A stretch of 64,000 nucleotides of DNA, taken from positions 573,766 to 637,765 of the forward strand of contig CALSRS010000002.1 of NCBI GenBank assembly GCA_943788815.1, written 5' to 3'. Position numbers and translations under genes: made by a program. Below are positions 55,632 through 64,000 of this stretch, one piece after another. Source of the stretch: an uncultured Gammaproteobacteria bacterium (GTDB lineage: Bacteria; Pseudomonadota; Gammaproteobacteria; Eutrophobiales; Eutrophobiaceae). Each line of letters opens with the position of its first letter. Positions within the stretch are counted from its first letter, which is position 1. The notes beneath the pieces were generated by a model, which had not been told where the DNA came from, ran no database searches, and worked only from the letters and a program-made list of their open reading frames with translations.

Positions 55632-57014
55632 TTACAGTATTCCAATCTGGTTGAGAAAAATAATAGTCACACCAACTGGTGCGAGAAATTTAATTACAAA
55701 CCGCCAGGATACATAAATATTTTCCTTGACCTTCAATTCATCCATTGTAGAAGCACGAGACATTAGCCAACCGCTAAAAATTGCTATAGCCAAGCCACCT
55801 AGTGGCAACATAATATTTGCTGTCAAAATATCAATTATATCAAAAATACCATTTTCCTTGGAAACACCAGCAAAGGTAAAAGGAAATGCCCAATGATTAA
55901 ATGACAATATTGTGGCAATTCCAAGTATCCATGCCACCAACCCGGTATAGGCTGTCGCCTTGATTCTCGAAATTCCACCATTCTCCACTAACCAGGTTAC
56001 TGCAGGTTCAATTAGTGAAATTGCCGAAGTCCAGGCAGCAAATGTCAGTAACAAAAAGAACAGCGTGCCGAAAAACACACCACCTGGCATCTGACCAAAA
56101 GCGATGGGTAACGTCACAAATATCAGACCAGGCCCCTGGGCCGGCTCCAGGCCATAGGTAAATACCAATGGAAAGATTGCAAAGCTGGCTAATATGGCTA
56201 TCAATGTGTCTGCCGACGCAATTAACACAGCAGCGGATGTAATTGATGTCCGATCAGATAAATACGAACCATATATCATGATCGCTCCCATTCCGAGACT
56301 AAGACTGAAGAAGGCATGTCCAGATGCATTCAGAAAAACTTCGCGAAAATTTTCTTTCATAGCTGTGAAATCCGGCCTCAACATAAACATGATACCTTCT
56401 GCAAAGCGCTCGGTACTCATGGCATACCCAACCATAACTAGCAAAAGAAAAAACAAAGCAGGCATTAAAAACCTTACTGCCATTTCCAGCCCACTTTTGA
56501 CACCCCGGGAGACAACAGCAACTGTCATCATAATAAAAATAGTATGCCAGGCCAGAAGACGTTCAGGATCGGAGATTAAATCGGAAAACATTTGTGCTAT
56601 TGCTTCTGGATCGCCACCTTCAAAACTGCCTGTGGCGGCACGAAACACGTAGGCGAGAACCCAACCTGCTATCACACTGTAATAAGATACGATTAGAAAA
56701 CCGGCAACGACACCCATGATACCCAGCCACTTCCATTGCCGGGTATACCCTTCTTCTTCCGCAATAATACGCATTGTGTTGACAGGACTTTGACGGCCTC
56801 TTCGTCCAATCAGGATTTCTGCCATCATAATGGGAATACCCATTATTAATACACACACGACATAAAGCAGCAAAAATGCACCGCCACCACTTTCACCTGC
56901 CATATAAGGAAAACGCCAGATATTACCTAAACCCACCGCTGAACCTGTTGCAGCCAGTATGAATGCCCAACGGGAAGACCATTGACCATGTATAGAAGTG
57001 CGTTTTGCTGACAT
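55632..57014 (-). CDS. sodium-dependent transporter (NSS/SNF family)
   Basis: WSSR..FILAATGSAVGLGNIWRFPY, GGGAF, AFFSLSLGMG, GPGLIF; ATG at 57014. Confidence 0.93.
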   Translation of the reverse strand: MSAKRTSIHGQWSSRWAFILAATGSAVGLGNIWRFPYMAGESGGGAFLLLYVVCVLIMGIPIMMAEILIGRRGRQSPVNTMRIIAEEEGYTRQWKWLGIMGVVAGFLIVSYYSVIAGWVLAYVFRAATGSFEGGDPEAIAQMFSDLISDPERLLAWHTIFIMMTVAVVSRGVKSGLEMAVRFLMPALFFLLLVMVGYAMSTERFAEGIMFMLRPDFTAMKENFREVFLNASGHAFFSLSLGMGAIMIYGSYLSDRTSITSAAVLIASADTLIAILASFAIFPLVFTYGLEPAQGPGLIFVTLPIAFGQMPGGVFFGTLFFLLLTFAAWTSAISLIEPAVTWLVENGGISRIKATAYTGLVAWILGIATILSFNHWAFPFTFAGVSKENGIFDIIDILTANIMLPLGGLAIAIFSGWLMSRASTMDELKVKENIYVSWRFVIKFLAPVGVTIIFLNQIGIL

Positions 57015-57081
57015 AGTAACTCCAGTGTTTTCATCAATTTTGATGGAAAACCACACAATGCTCAACCAGATATATTCGAAC

Positions 57082-57090
57082 TGCTATAAT
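57082..57090 (+). promoter_or_regulatory. extended -10 promoter element for smpB
   Basis: TGCTATAAT (TGn-TATAAT) 36 nt upstream of the smpB ATG. Confidence 0.5.
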
Positions 57091-57126
57091 TCGACACCTG
57101 ACACCAGGGAATGACTGACATTACAA

Positions 57127-57606
57127 ATGGCCAAAACAATTAAAAAGAAACCAGTTTCTAACACTATTGTGCTGAATAAAAAGGCCAAACATGATTTTTT
57201 TATAGAAGAGAAATATGAAGCTGGCGTCGTACTAGAAGGTTGGGAAGTCAAAAGCCTCAGAGCAGGTAAAGTTCAACTCAGAGACAGCTACGTTATGGTT
57301 AAAGATGACGAAGCTTTTGTCATAGGGTGTCTTATTACGCCTCTGGCTACCGCATCCACACATATTCATCCCGACCCTCAACGCACCCGCAAGCTACTTC
57401 TACATAGAAAAGAATTAAACCGGTTAATAGGTGCTATTGAAAGAAAAGGTTACACACTAGTGGTTACTGCCTTGTACTGGAAACACGGAAAGGTAAAGGC
57501 CGAACTAGGGATGGCAAAAGGCAAACAGGCTCATGACAAGCGACAGACTTTAAAGGACAAGGACTGGGAAAGAGAAAAACAACGTACCTTGAAACGAGGT
57601 AATTAA
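57127..57606 (+). CDS. smpB: SsrA-binding protein
   Basis: [37 protein letters not shown]. Confidence 0.98.
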   Translation: MAKTIKKKPVSNTIVLNKKAKHDFFIEEKYEAGVVLEGWEVKSLRAGKVQLRDSYVMVKDDEAFVIGCLITPLATASTHIHPDPQRTRKLLLHRKELNRLIGAIERKGYTLVVTALYWKHGKVKAELGMAKGKQAHDKRQTLKDKDWEREKQRTLKRGN

Positions 57607-57731
57607 TGTAGTGTGACTAGACAGTTGCAATAAAATCACTACATTCTTGAACTTTCAATGCTGTATTAATTCCAATCTATACCCTACAATGATCAATACT
57701 GCTTTTGGCTTATTGCCAGTTGCTTTGCATC

Positions 57732-58091
57732 GGGGGCGTATTGGCTTCGACGTGGGCACTGAAACCCAAGGGGCATGCCGAGGGGTAGATTACCTCGTAA
57801 ATCCAGCTACAAAACTCATAGTTGCCAACGACGACAACTACGCACTAGCCGCTTAAAAACCGGTTTTGGTGCCGTCAGCCTGGTGTGTGCTTGTGAACCC
57901 AGAACCTGGCGTCGACTTCACAAGATCGCAATGAAGCCTGTCTGGTGTGGATTTGCTAAAACTTTACAGACTAGTCAGTTGTCTTCCCCGTCTCTTGGGT
58001 AGCAACTGATTAAACTAAACAAGAGACTAAGCATGTAGAACCGAGGACGGATGGTTCGCGGACGCGGGTTCGACTCCCGCCGCCTCCACCA
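57732..58091 (+). ncRNA. ssrA: tmRNA (one-piece), tag peptide ANDDNYALAA at 57824-57856
   Basis: 5' GGGGGCG pairs with CGCCTCC-A-CCA 3' end (G3-U alanine identity pair); T-arm GCGGGTTCGACTCCCGC; tag ORF; downstream of smpB. Confidence 0.97.
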
Positions 58092-58141
58092 TTTGCAATT
58101 AGTTGCACATTTACGGGAGACAACCGTAGATGATGAAAATC

Positions 58142-58178
58142 CACCAAGGATCATGTATTTGCAATTTGATCCTTGGTG
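58142..58178. repeat. 12-bp perfect inverted repeat just downstream of ssrA
   Basis: CACCAAGGATCA 58142-58153 / TGATCCTTGGTG 58167-58178. Confidence 0.85.
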
Positions 58179-58225
58179 TGAAATTAATTGCACGAGTGAT
58201 TATGATTGTCTGGGATACTCGCAAT

Positions 58226-58447
58226 AACTGCACGCAAACTGCACGTACTTGGCTGAGTAAACTAATAATCAGAAAGGACGTCTTCTAAGTGAATCGATTC
58301 TTCGGGAAATAAGCCCATCTCTAGTATCTGACGTCGTGCAGCTTGCATGTCATTTGTCTATCATTAACAGCATAAAAACTATAAGATATTGATATTTATA
58401 TTATTAATATTGTTTATTATAGTAAACATACCCGCTTATATACCCGC
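58226..58447. promoter_or_regulatory. putative tyrosine-integrase arm-type direct repeats and IHF site
   Basis: AACTGCACG twice (58226, 58237; 11-bp period); perfect IHF consensus TATCAA-TATC-TTA on the minus strand at 58382-58394; ATACCCGC twice (58428, 58440; 12-bp period). Confidence 0.55.
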
Positions 58448-58622
58448 AATTCGTATAGTCTGAGTAAGCTTACCGCATCTATTTCTCGGAATAATCCAGC
58501 TACTCGAAAAGGCCGATAGAATAGCGTATTTATGAGATTATTTCTTGCGGTCTCACTAGGGTCTACCAAGCGAAGGGCAATTTATTACCGGTATATCCCA
58601 GTATACATTTAGCAATACCGTA

Positions 58623-59490
58623 TTAAATCGCCAAAATTCGCTTCAAGACTGCTGCCGCATCCAGTGCTTTTGGTATTCGAATAGACCGAAAATTTGAGTT
58701 CTTGTATCCGGCATTTTCCTTAATAGGCTCGAACAATCCCTCGTCGCCAAACATGTCTCGAGTGGCCCCACCGACAAGTATCAAATCAAAACGATGTCTA
58801 ACCGTAACTGCCTGCTCCCCGACATCTAGGGTATGCCCAAGGAGCACATTTGTCGTTGTGGCAGCGTAATCGATCCCCCCCCCATCAAGCTTGGCAATAA
58901 GGTCATCAGGGACGTCTTTTTTTTGATGCAAATCTATTGCGACGAATATATAAACATCTTTAACGGTTTCACCTGGCTTTACCGCATTTCCGTACGGCCC
59001 CAACACACTAAAACCGTTAAATACTGCATTTTGAAGTGAATGATAATTAAAGCTGGACCGCACCTCAATGGCGACATTGATTTCTTTTGTTTGGTCGCCT
59101 AGCCGCTTTTTCTTGCTGACAAGAATATCAATTTGTTCAAATTCTCCATCTTTATTGATTGTCGGAGGGAGTGTCTTAAGACTAAAGAGCGCATCGCAAA
59201 ATTCAACTGCTTTGTATTCAATCTTTCGACATACCCATGCCTCGGCAAGTATCCCCATCAGGCCTTTAGCCAGACGCTGGTGGGCGTCCCTTTCTACGCC
59301 GGCTGAATCTGCAGCATTTAAGCTTTGAGCTTTAAAGCGTTTTAGTGCCCACGCTACACTTGCATCAGCCTTTTCCCCCTGGATTAAATTCCTCAACAAG
59401 GCATGAATGTTGATTCAGATAGCTGTTATGGAATGGAGGGCCATCGGGCGGATATGGGGTAAGGACTTTAAAATTACTCTCATCAGCCAT
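58623..59490 (-). pseudogene. PD-(D/E)XK-like nuclease gene, apparently split by a 1-nt frameshift at a G5A4 run (59371-59379); C-terminal 258-aa ORF is 58623-59399
   Basis: GILAE...QIDI...IEVRSS pattern; the TTG start at 59399 lacks an RBS; the ATG 59490 frame (MADESNFKVL...EEFNPG) joins the ORF if one G is removed. Confidence 0.5.
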
Positions 59491-59625
59491 ATCATGATAC
59501 CCCGCCGCCAACTTTTCCAGTTTCGACGTCGGACGTTCGCGAACTCAACATCAATTCGCCTCTTTGAATAACAATGCTCCCTCTCAGCCAGAACACCATC
59601 ACTTGCCGCCACTGCGTTTCGTGGC

Positions 59626-62600
59626 TCATGCTTTAGCTCCACTGGCTTTTGATAACACATCGTTAACTGACCGTGCCACGATGAATTGAGCCGCCGATTC
59701 ATGGGTCGCGATAGACTGAAAGTGCGCTTTACCACACGAGATTTTTCCACTTTCCTTGTCGCGTAGATCGTCTGTGAAAAGGCTGCTCTTTGTTTCCACA
59801 ACGAAGTACAATCGCTGTGCATCGTCTTGCTCCACCAACACCGCCCAATCGGGGTTGTAGCTGCCTAGTGGAGTAGGAACCTTGAACCACCCGGGAAGTT
59901 TTGCGTAGAGTTTAATAGCATCATTTTTCTCCAGCGCATCCGCAAAGTCGCGCTCGGTAGTGGAGTCGTACACCACATGCTCGTAGACAGACTTCTGAGT
60001 ATCCATCAGCATGTTCTTAAGGTAACCAGTTAATTCTTCCTGATCGAACAATTCCTGGGCATAGAAATGGTCATCACCCAGCTTTTGATACTTAATACCG
60101 TCGACTAAAGCGAGCCGCTTGCACCGGTTAATCGTCTCGGCAGAAAGCTCTATGAATTGCTGGGGATTGCGCTTGAAGTCATCAAGGCGCTCGCTATTGA
60201 TCAAGATAGTATTAATGGTACGACGCGTGAGTTGGGTGCGGTCCTGCAATTCAGTAAGTAAATCTGGCAACTCTATATTTGCTTCCTCTAAGACGACAGT
60301 CGCGGCGCCACCTTTTTCCGTTGCTTCAACGCCAGACTTTCCGATGGCGATATCTGCCTTGCGCCACTGCAGGCGAGCCTTTGCGATAGAGGGCGATTTC
60401 TGCAAAGCAGCAGTACAGTCCGTCACGAGCTTCGCGTTGTCAAATTGCACACGGTAGGTGGTCAAATATTTAATCCGATCCCACAACGCCTTAAACTCCG
60501 CACTGAGGTAAATAGCTTTGCGCACCGGGACTTGCTTACGCTCGTCAGCATTTTTAATTTCCAAGCGGCCAGATACTTTTCGTAGAACCTCAGCAATCTG
60601 AGTCCGTTGCGCCTCAAACTCGGTGGGCAACACGAGTAATCCATCCCTTAGCGCCATTTTTAAGGAGTCCTGCACCTTACCTTTGGCATCAATATGACCA
60701 GCAGCTCTGAGATGTTCCCATAGCAATTTAGACAGCTCGACGCCCAATGGAGTGGATTGCCCATCGGCGCCAGTGACCGCGATAGCCGCAAACTGATGGT
60801 GCTCCAAAATGCCAAAGCGAATCCCTGTGTCGGCCTCGATCTCCTTTTGTAAATTCTCGGCAAAGTCCTCATAGTTTTCAGTGGCAACTACGGTTAGTGT
60901 ATTGACCTCAAAACCACGAACCCGATCGCCATCTTGATTTACACAAAGACGCAGTCCGCGACCGATAGTTTGTCGGCGCTCGCGCTCCGTCTGAATATCC
61001 CGCAATGTGCAGATTTGGAACACGTTCGGGTTGTCCCAGCCTTCCTTCAGGGCAGAGTGAGAGAATATGAACTTAAGCGGTGTGTCGAAAGAAAGAAGCT
61101 TTTCTTTCTCTTTCATGATCAGGTTGTAAGCTCTTTCCGCATTCTCTCTGCTTCCTGCGTTATTTTCACTTGTGTCAGTCCATCCCCCCCTTTTGTCAAT
61201 AGAGAAGTACCCGTTATGCACTTCCTCCGCCGCAGTTGCGAGGTCGATTTCAGAGAACAAACTCTGATAAGCGGGAAGTTTGGCCGCGCGCTTATATTCC
61301 TCTTCGAATATACGGGCGTATGCGCCTTTTACAGGATTGCCTTCTTCATCGTACTTGCGGTACTTGTCGACAGCATCGATGAATAGTAGCGAAAGAACTT
61401 TTATACCTAGTGGACGTAAGCGCTTTTCTTTATCCAAATGCTCTTTAATTGTCCTTCTGATCATTTCCCTCTGCACCGCCAGGGCATCGATGTCGCCGTG
61501 CGCTTGTCCAATTCCCAAGTAGGCCTCACCTCCCGGATAGCGAAGCTCGAGAAACTCCTCACTTTTGGCGGTGCTGATTTCCCCGACGCGGAAATCTGCG
61601 TAAATCGCTCTACGTGTAATCTGTTCCAAATCGTCACCATCGCATACGCTCACTTCCTGCCGTTTGACGCCACCAGCCGTCACAACGTCAAGTTCAATCT
61701 TTGCGGTTACCGTTCCTCGTTTATTACTGACAGATACCAATCGAACAAACGCTCTATTGTGTGCGTCTTCGATCGTGGCGGACGCAACTTCAATCTGCTT
61801 TACCAACTTGCGTTCGTAAGCATCGACGGCGTCAAGTCGAAAAACCATATGATGTTTGTTCACGTGCGTTGCTGAGTAGCGAAGAGTGCATAGAGGGCTC
61901 ATCGCATCCAGTGCTGTCTTACCTGCCCCAGAAAGGCCACCATCTACGCTCTGAGGTTCATCAACTATCAGTATGGGCCGTGTGGCTTTGATGAGATCAA
62001 TTGGCTTTTCGCCGCCAGTCTTTTCACTGTCTTTATAAAGATTATTGACGTCTTTCTTGTTAATGGCCCCAACAGTGACAACCATTATTTGAATGTTCGA
62101 ACTCGTGGCGAAGTTCCGAACCTGGCCAAGCTTGTTAGAGTCGTACAAGAAATAGTCAAACGGTACGCCGGCGTACAGCACTTTAAAGTGCTCCTCGGTA
62201 ATCTGTAATGTCTTATAGACGCCTTCTTTAATTGCTACCGAGGGCACAACAATGACAAACTTTGTAAATCCGTATCGCTTGTTCAGCTCGAAGATGCTGC
62301 GCAAATAGACATAAGTCTTGCCAGTGCCAGTTTCCATCTCGACCGTGAAATCGCCGGAGGCCAATGCGCTGGATGGCGGCAAGCCACCTCGCAACTGGAT
62401 CTCCGCCAGATTTTTGTGCAACTGCTCGTCCAATAGAGTTAGGCGGTTACCGACGCCCAGATCTGACTCCGCCACACCCAGGGTCAGCTGCTCCGGCACA
62501 GTCCCGGGAAACATGTCATTGTCCACAGCAGGTGGCACCCTCATCGTCACCGTGAACTCAGTCCGACAGACCTCCTGGCCCCGGAACAGGTCGCAGACAG

Positions 62601-62652
62601 CTTCAATAGCCTGCAATTGATAGTCGAGGTTTGGCTCAAAATGAAGTTTCAT
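59626..62652 (-). CDS. res: Type III restriction enzyme Res subunit
   Basis: VEMETGTGKT, IVDEPQ, RYSATH, LKEGWDNPNV, QTIGRGLRL, C-terminal YNPDWA...VVETK nuclease motif. Confidence 0.95.
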   Translation of the reverse strand: MKLHFEPNLDYQLQAIEAVCDLFRGQEVCRTEFTVTMRVPPAVDNDMFPGTVPEQLTLGVAESDLGVGNRLTLLDEQLHKNLAEIQLRGGLPPSSALASGDFTVEMETGTGKTYVYLRSIFELNKRYGFTKFVIVVPSVAIKEGVYKTLQITEEHFKVLYAGVPFDYFLYDSNKLGQVRNFATSSNIQIMVVTVGAINKKDVNNLYKDSEKTGGEKPIDLIKATRPILIVDEPQSVDGGLSGAGKTALDAMSPLCTLRYSATHVNKHHMVFRLDAVDAYERKLVKQIEVASATIEDAHNRAFVRLVSVSNKRGTVTAKIELDVVTAGGVKRQEVSVCDGDDLEQITRRAIYADFRVGEISTAKSEEFLELRYPGGEAYLGIGQAHGDIDALAVQREMIRRTIKEHLDKEKRLRPLGIKVLSLLFIDAVDKYRKYDEEGNPVKGAYARIFEEEYKRAAKLPAYQSLFSEIDLATAAEEVHNGYFSIDKRGGWTDTSENNAGSRENAERAYNLIMKEKEKLLSFDTPLKFIFSHSALKEGWDNPNVFQICTLRDIQTERERRQTIGRGLRLCVNQDGDRVRGFEVNTLTVVATENYEDFAENLQKEIEADTGIRFGILEHHQFAAIAVTGADGQSTPLGVELSKLLWEHLRAAGHIDAKGKVQDSLKMALRDGLLVLPTEFEAQRTQIAEVLRKVSGRLEIKNADERKQVPVRKAIYLSAEFKALWDRIKYLTTYRVQFDNAKLVTDCTAALQKSPSIAKARLQWRKADIAIGKSGVEATEKGGAATVVLEEANIELPDLLTELQDRTQLTRRTINTILINSERLDDFKRNPQQFIELSAETINRCKRLALVDGIKYQKLGDDHFYAQELFDQEELTGYLKNMLMDTQKSVYEHVVYDSTTERDFADALEKNDAIKLYAKLPGWFKVPTPLGSYNPDWAVLVEQDDAQRLYFVVETKSSLFTDDLRDKESGKISCGKAHFQSIATHESAAQFIVARSVNDVLSKASGAKA

Positions 62653-62662
62653 AGCCCCACTC

Positions 62663-64000
62663 TCACAAACTACGCACTTTCTGAATGCCGGACTGCTCTA
62701 GTATCGCGGCGAGGTTGGATTTGGCGACATCATCCACGAAAGCGCTATCGCGAAATACGCAGTTCGTATCACCGGCGGGGGCGAGTTCTTTGTGCCAGGC
62801 CACAATGCCTTGCGCGAGGGGCTCCACATCTGCGCGGCTGATCTTAGGATCAAGACACGTCATAAGCACACCACCACCAACCGAACAAACCTCTTTCCCG
62901 CTTATCGTACGTTTATCGATGGGCACGCACAGATCCAAACCAAGCTTAAGCAACACCTCGTAGAGGATATCAACCTCACTTCGATCCCCTTTCAAATGTT
63001 CGATTGATAACTGGAGCGAGCCCTTCAAATCCTCGGGAATTGGCTCCCACTCAATAATGTTAGTCGAGTCGAGTTTGAAAACGCGAAATCCTACGTCACC
63101 TGAATATTTCGGCTTGTCCGCCTTAATTTTTTTAGCGACCCTACGCAAGCGCTCCTTAGTGATTTCCGCAATATTTTTGGGCTTATGCAGTTTTTCGCAA
63201 TATTTTGCAGCGACTTGTTGCTCTTTTGCAGCGGAATCTAAAGGCTCCGGTAGCTGAACGAGAACAAATCTTCGTGAGCCATCATCAGAAAGATTCTGCT
63301 CGATAACTGCTTGAGCAGTACTCCCCGAACCCGCAAAGAAATCCAATACAATTGAATCATTATCTGTTCCAAATGAAAGGAAGTGTCGTATAAGACCGAC
63401 AGGTTTGGGATTGTTAAATACGTTATCCGTTCCGAGAAGACTGGCGAGCTGTCGTTTCCCTTCGGAGTTCCTTTCAACATCCAAGAGTAGAGAGCGTGGT
63501 ACTTTAGTCTTCTCTTCCTGTTCGCCATCATCGTCGCCAGAGTATAAGTAAATCTTGTACTCCACTTGCCACTTCCCATTTCGATCCTTTCGGATCTGGA
63601 CCTTATTTTCAGCGAGAGCCTCCAGAAATCGAGATTGCTCCCACTTCCAAGTGTCATTTAGTAATGTTCCGTCCGGCGCTTTGATGCCGTACGTTAAGGT
63701 TGGGCGTGGGTCATCGGGGCGCATTCGACTAAATGATTTAGTCTTGTGGGGCCCGAGGATTTCATGATGGTCGTCTTTATATACATAGTCTTTTTTATCC
63801 TCCTCGCTAAGGGGCATTCTTAGCCGCGCAATTGAGTCTTTACTCTTGGCATAGACAATCACGTATTCGTGATCGGTGGCAAAATATTTTGAGTCATTTC
63901 CACCACCGGCATGGCGTTTCCATACCAACTCCTGAACGCAATTCTCTTCACCAAATATCTCATCGCACAGCTTTCGCAAATTCGCGAACTCACCATCATC
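62663..64000 (-). CDS. mod: Type III RM DNA methyltransferase Mod (5' part lies beyond the window)
   Basis: Frame open to the window edge (DDGEFANLRKLCDEIFGEEN); FNNPKP, LDFFAGSGSTA, RRFVLVQLPE, GFRVFKLDSTN, DILYEVLLKLG; 10 nt upstream of res. Confidence 0.93.
   Translation of the reverse strand, partial: DDGEFANLRKLCDEIFGEENCVQELVWKRHAGGGNDSKYFATDHEYVIVYAKSKDSIARLRMPLSEEDKKDYVYKDDHHEILGPHKTKSFSRMRPDDPRPTLTYGIKAPDGTLLNDTWKWEQSRFLEALAENKVQIRKDRNGKWQVEYKIYLYSGDDDGEQEEKTKVPRSLLLDVERNSEGKRQLASLLGTDNVFNNPKPVGLIRHFLSFGTDNDSIVLDFFAGSGSTAQAVIEQNLSDDGSRRFVLVQLPEPLDSAAKEQQVAAKYCEKLHKPKNIAEITKERLRRVAKKIKADKPKYSGDVGFRVFKLDSTNIIEWEPIPEDLKGSLQLSIEHLKGDRSEVDILYEVLLKLGLDLCVPIDKRTISGKEVCSVGGGVLMTCLDPKISRADVEPLAQGIVAWHKELAPAGDTNCVFRDSAFVDDVAKSNLAAILEQSGIQKVRSL

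Larger units (their letters stand above)
58092..64000. mobile_element. ssrA-adjacent genomic (defence) island, left end; continues beyond the window
   Basis: Starts at the tmRNA 3' end (a known integration hotspot), arm-site/IHF-like motifs, visible rise in GC content, RM cargo; no integrase in the window. Confidence 0.8.

Noticed and set aside
58140-58146. TCCACCA as a duplicated ssrA 3' end (attR)
   Set aside because: Only 7 nt and part of the hairpin arm; too short to call an att core.
57647-58193. ORFs 57647-57856, 57775-58002 and 57975-58193
   Set aside because: They overlap the tmRNA; the first is just the tag reading frame extended upstream.
59415-59822. 135-aa ORF in frame with the nuclease ORF across a TGA (possible readthrough or selenocysteine)
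   Set aside because: Half of it overlaps res out of frame, the peptide looks non-natural and no SECIS-like hairpin is evident; the frameshift model fits better.

Overview
AT-rich gammaproteobacterial chromosome segment. Bases 1-57.6 kb are mostly core genes: sucA-sucB-lpdA; a PHA cluster (phaA, a catalytically degenerate phaB paralog, phaR, an N-terminally extended phaB); the asd-fimV-truA-trpF-accD-folC-dedD-cvpA-purF run; dapD-sad; serA with DUF1015; carAB-greA-rlmE-ftsH-glmM; a six-gene accessory block between dapB and carA; hrcA-grpE-dnaK-dnaJ-dapB; nadK-recN; fur/bamE; a split cobalamin-type ABC importer; ratAB; smpB. The tmRNA gene ssrA lies at 57732-58091. It is followed by integrase arm-site/IHF-like signatures and a visibly GC-richer island that runs off the right edge, carrying a Type III restriction-modification system (mod partial, res) and a downstream, apparently frameshifted PD-(D/E)XK-like nuclease gene. 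The best leads for undescribed biology are: (1) the PHA operon with a pseudo-enzyme PhaB and an extended PhaB; (2) the Type III RM-linked nuclease with a homopolymer frameshift; (3) the hairpin-rich spacer between the divergent lysine-pathway genes asd and dapD; (4) a stand-alone FimV N-terminal-domain gene. All calls come from motif recognition by eye; no database searches were run.
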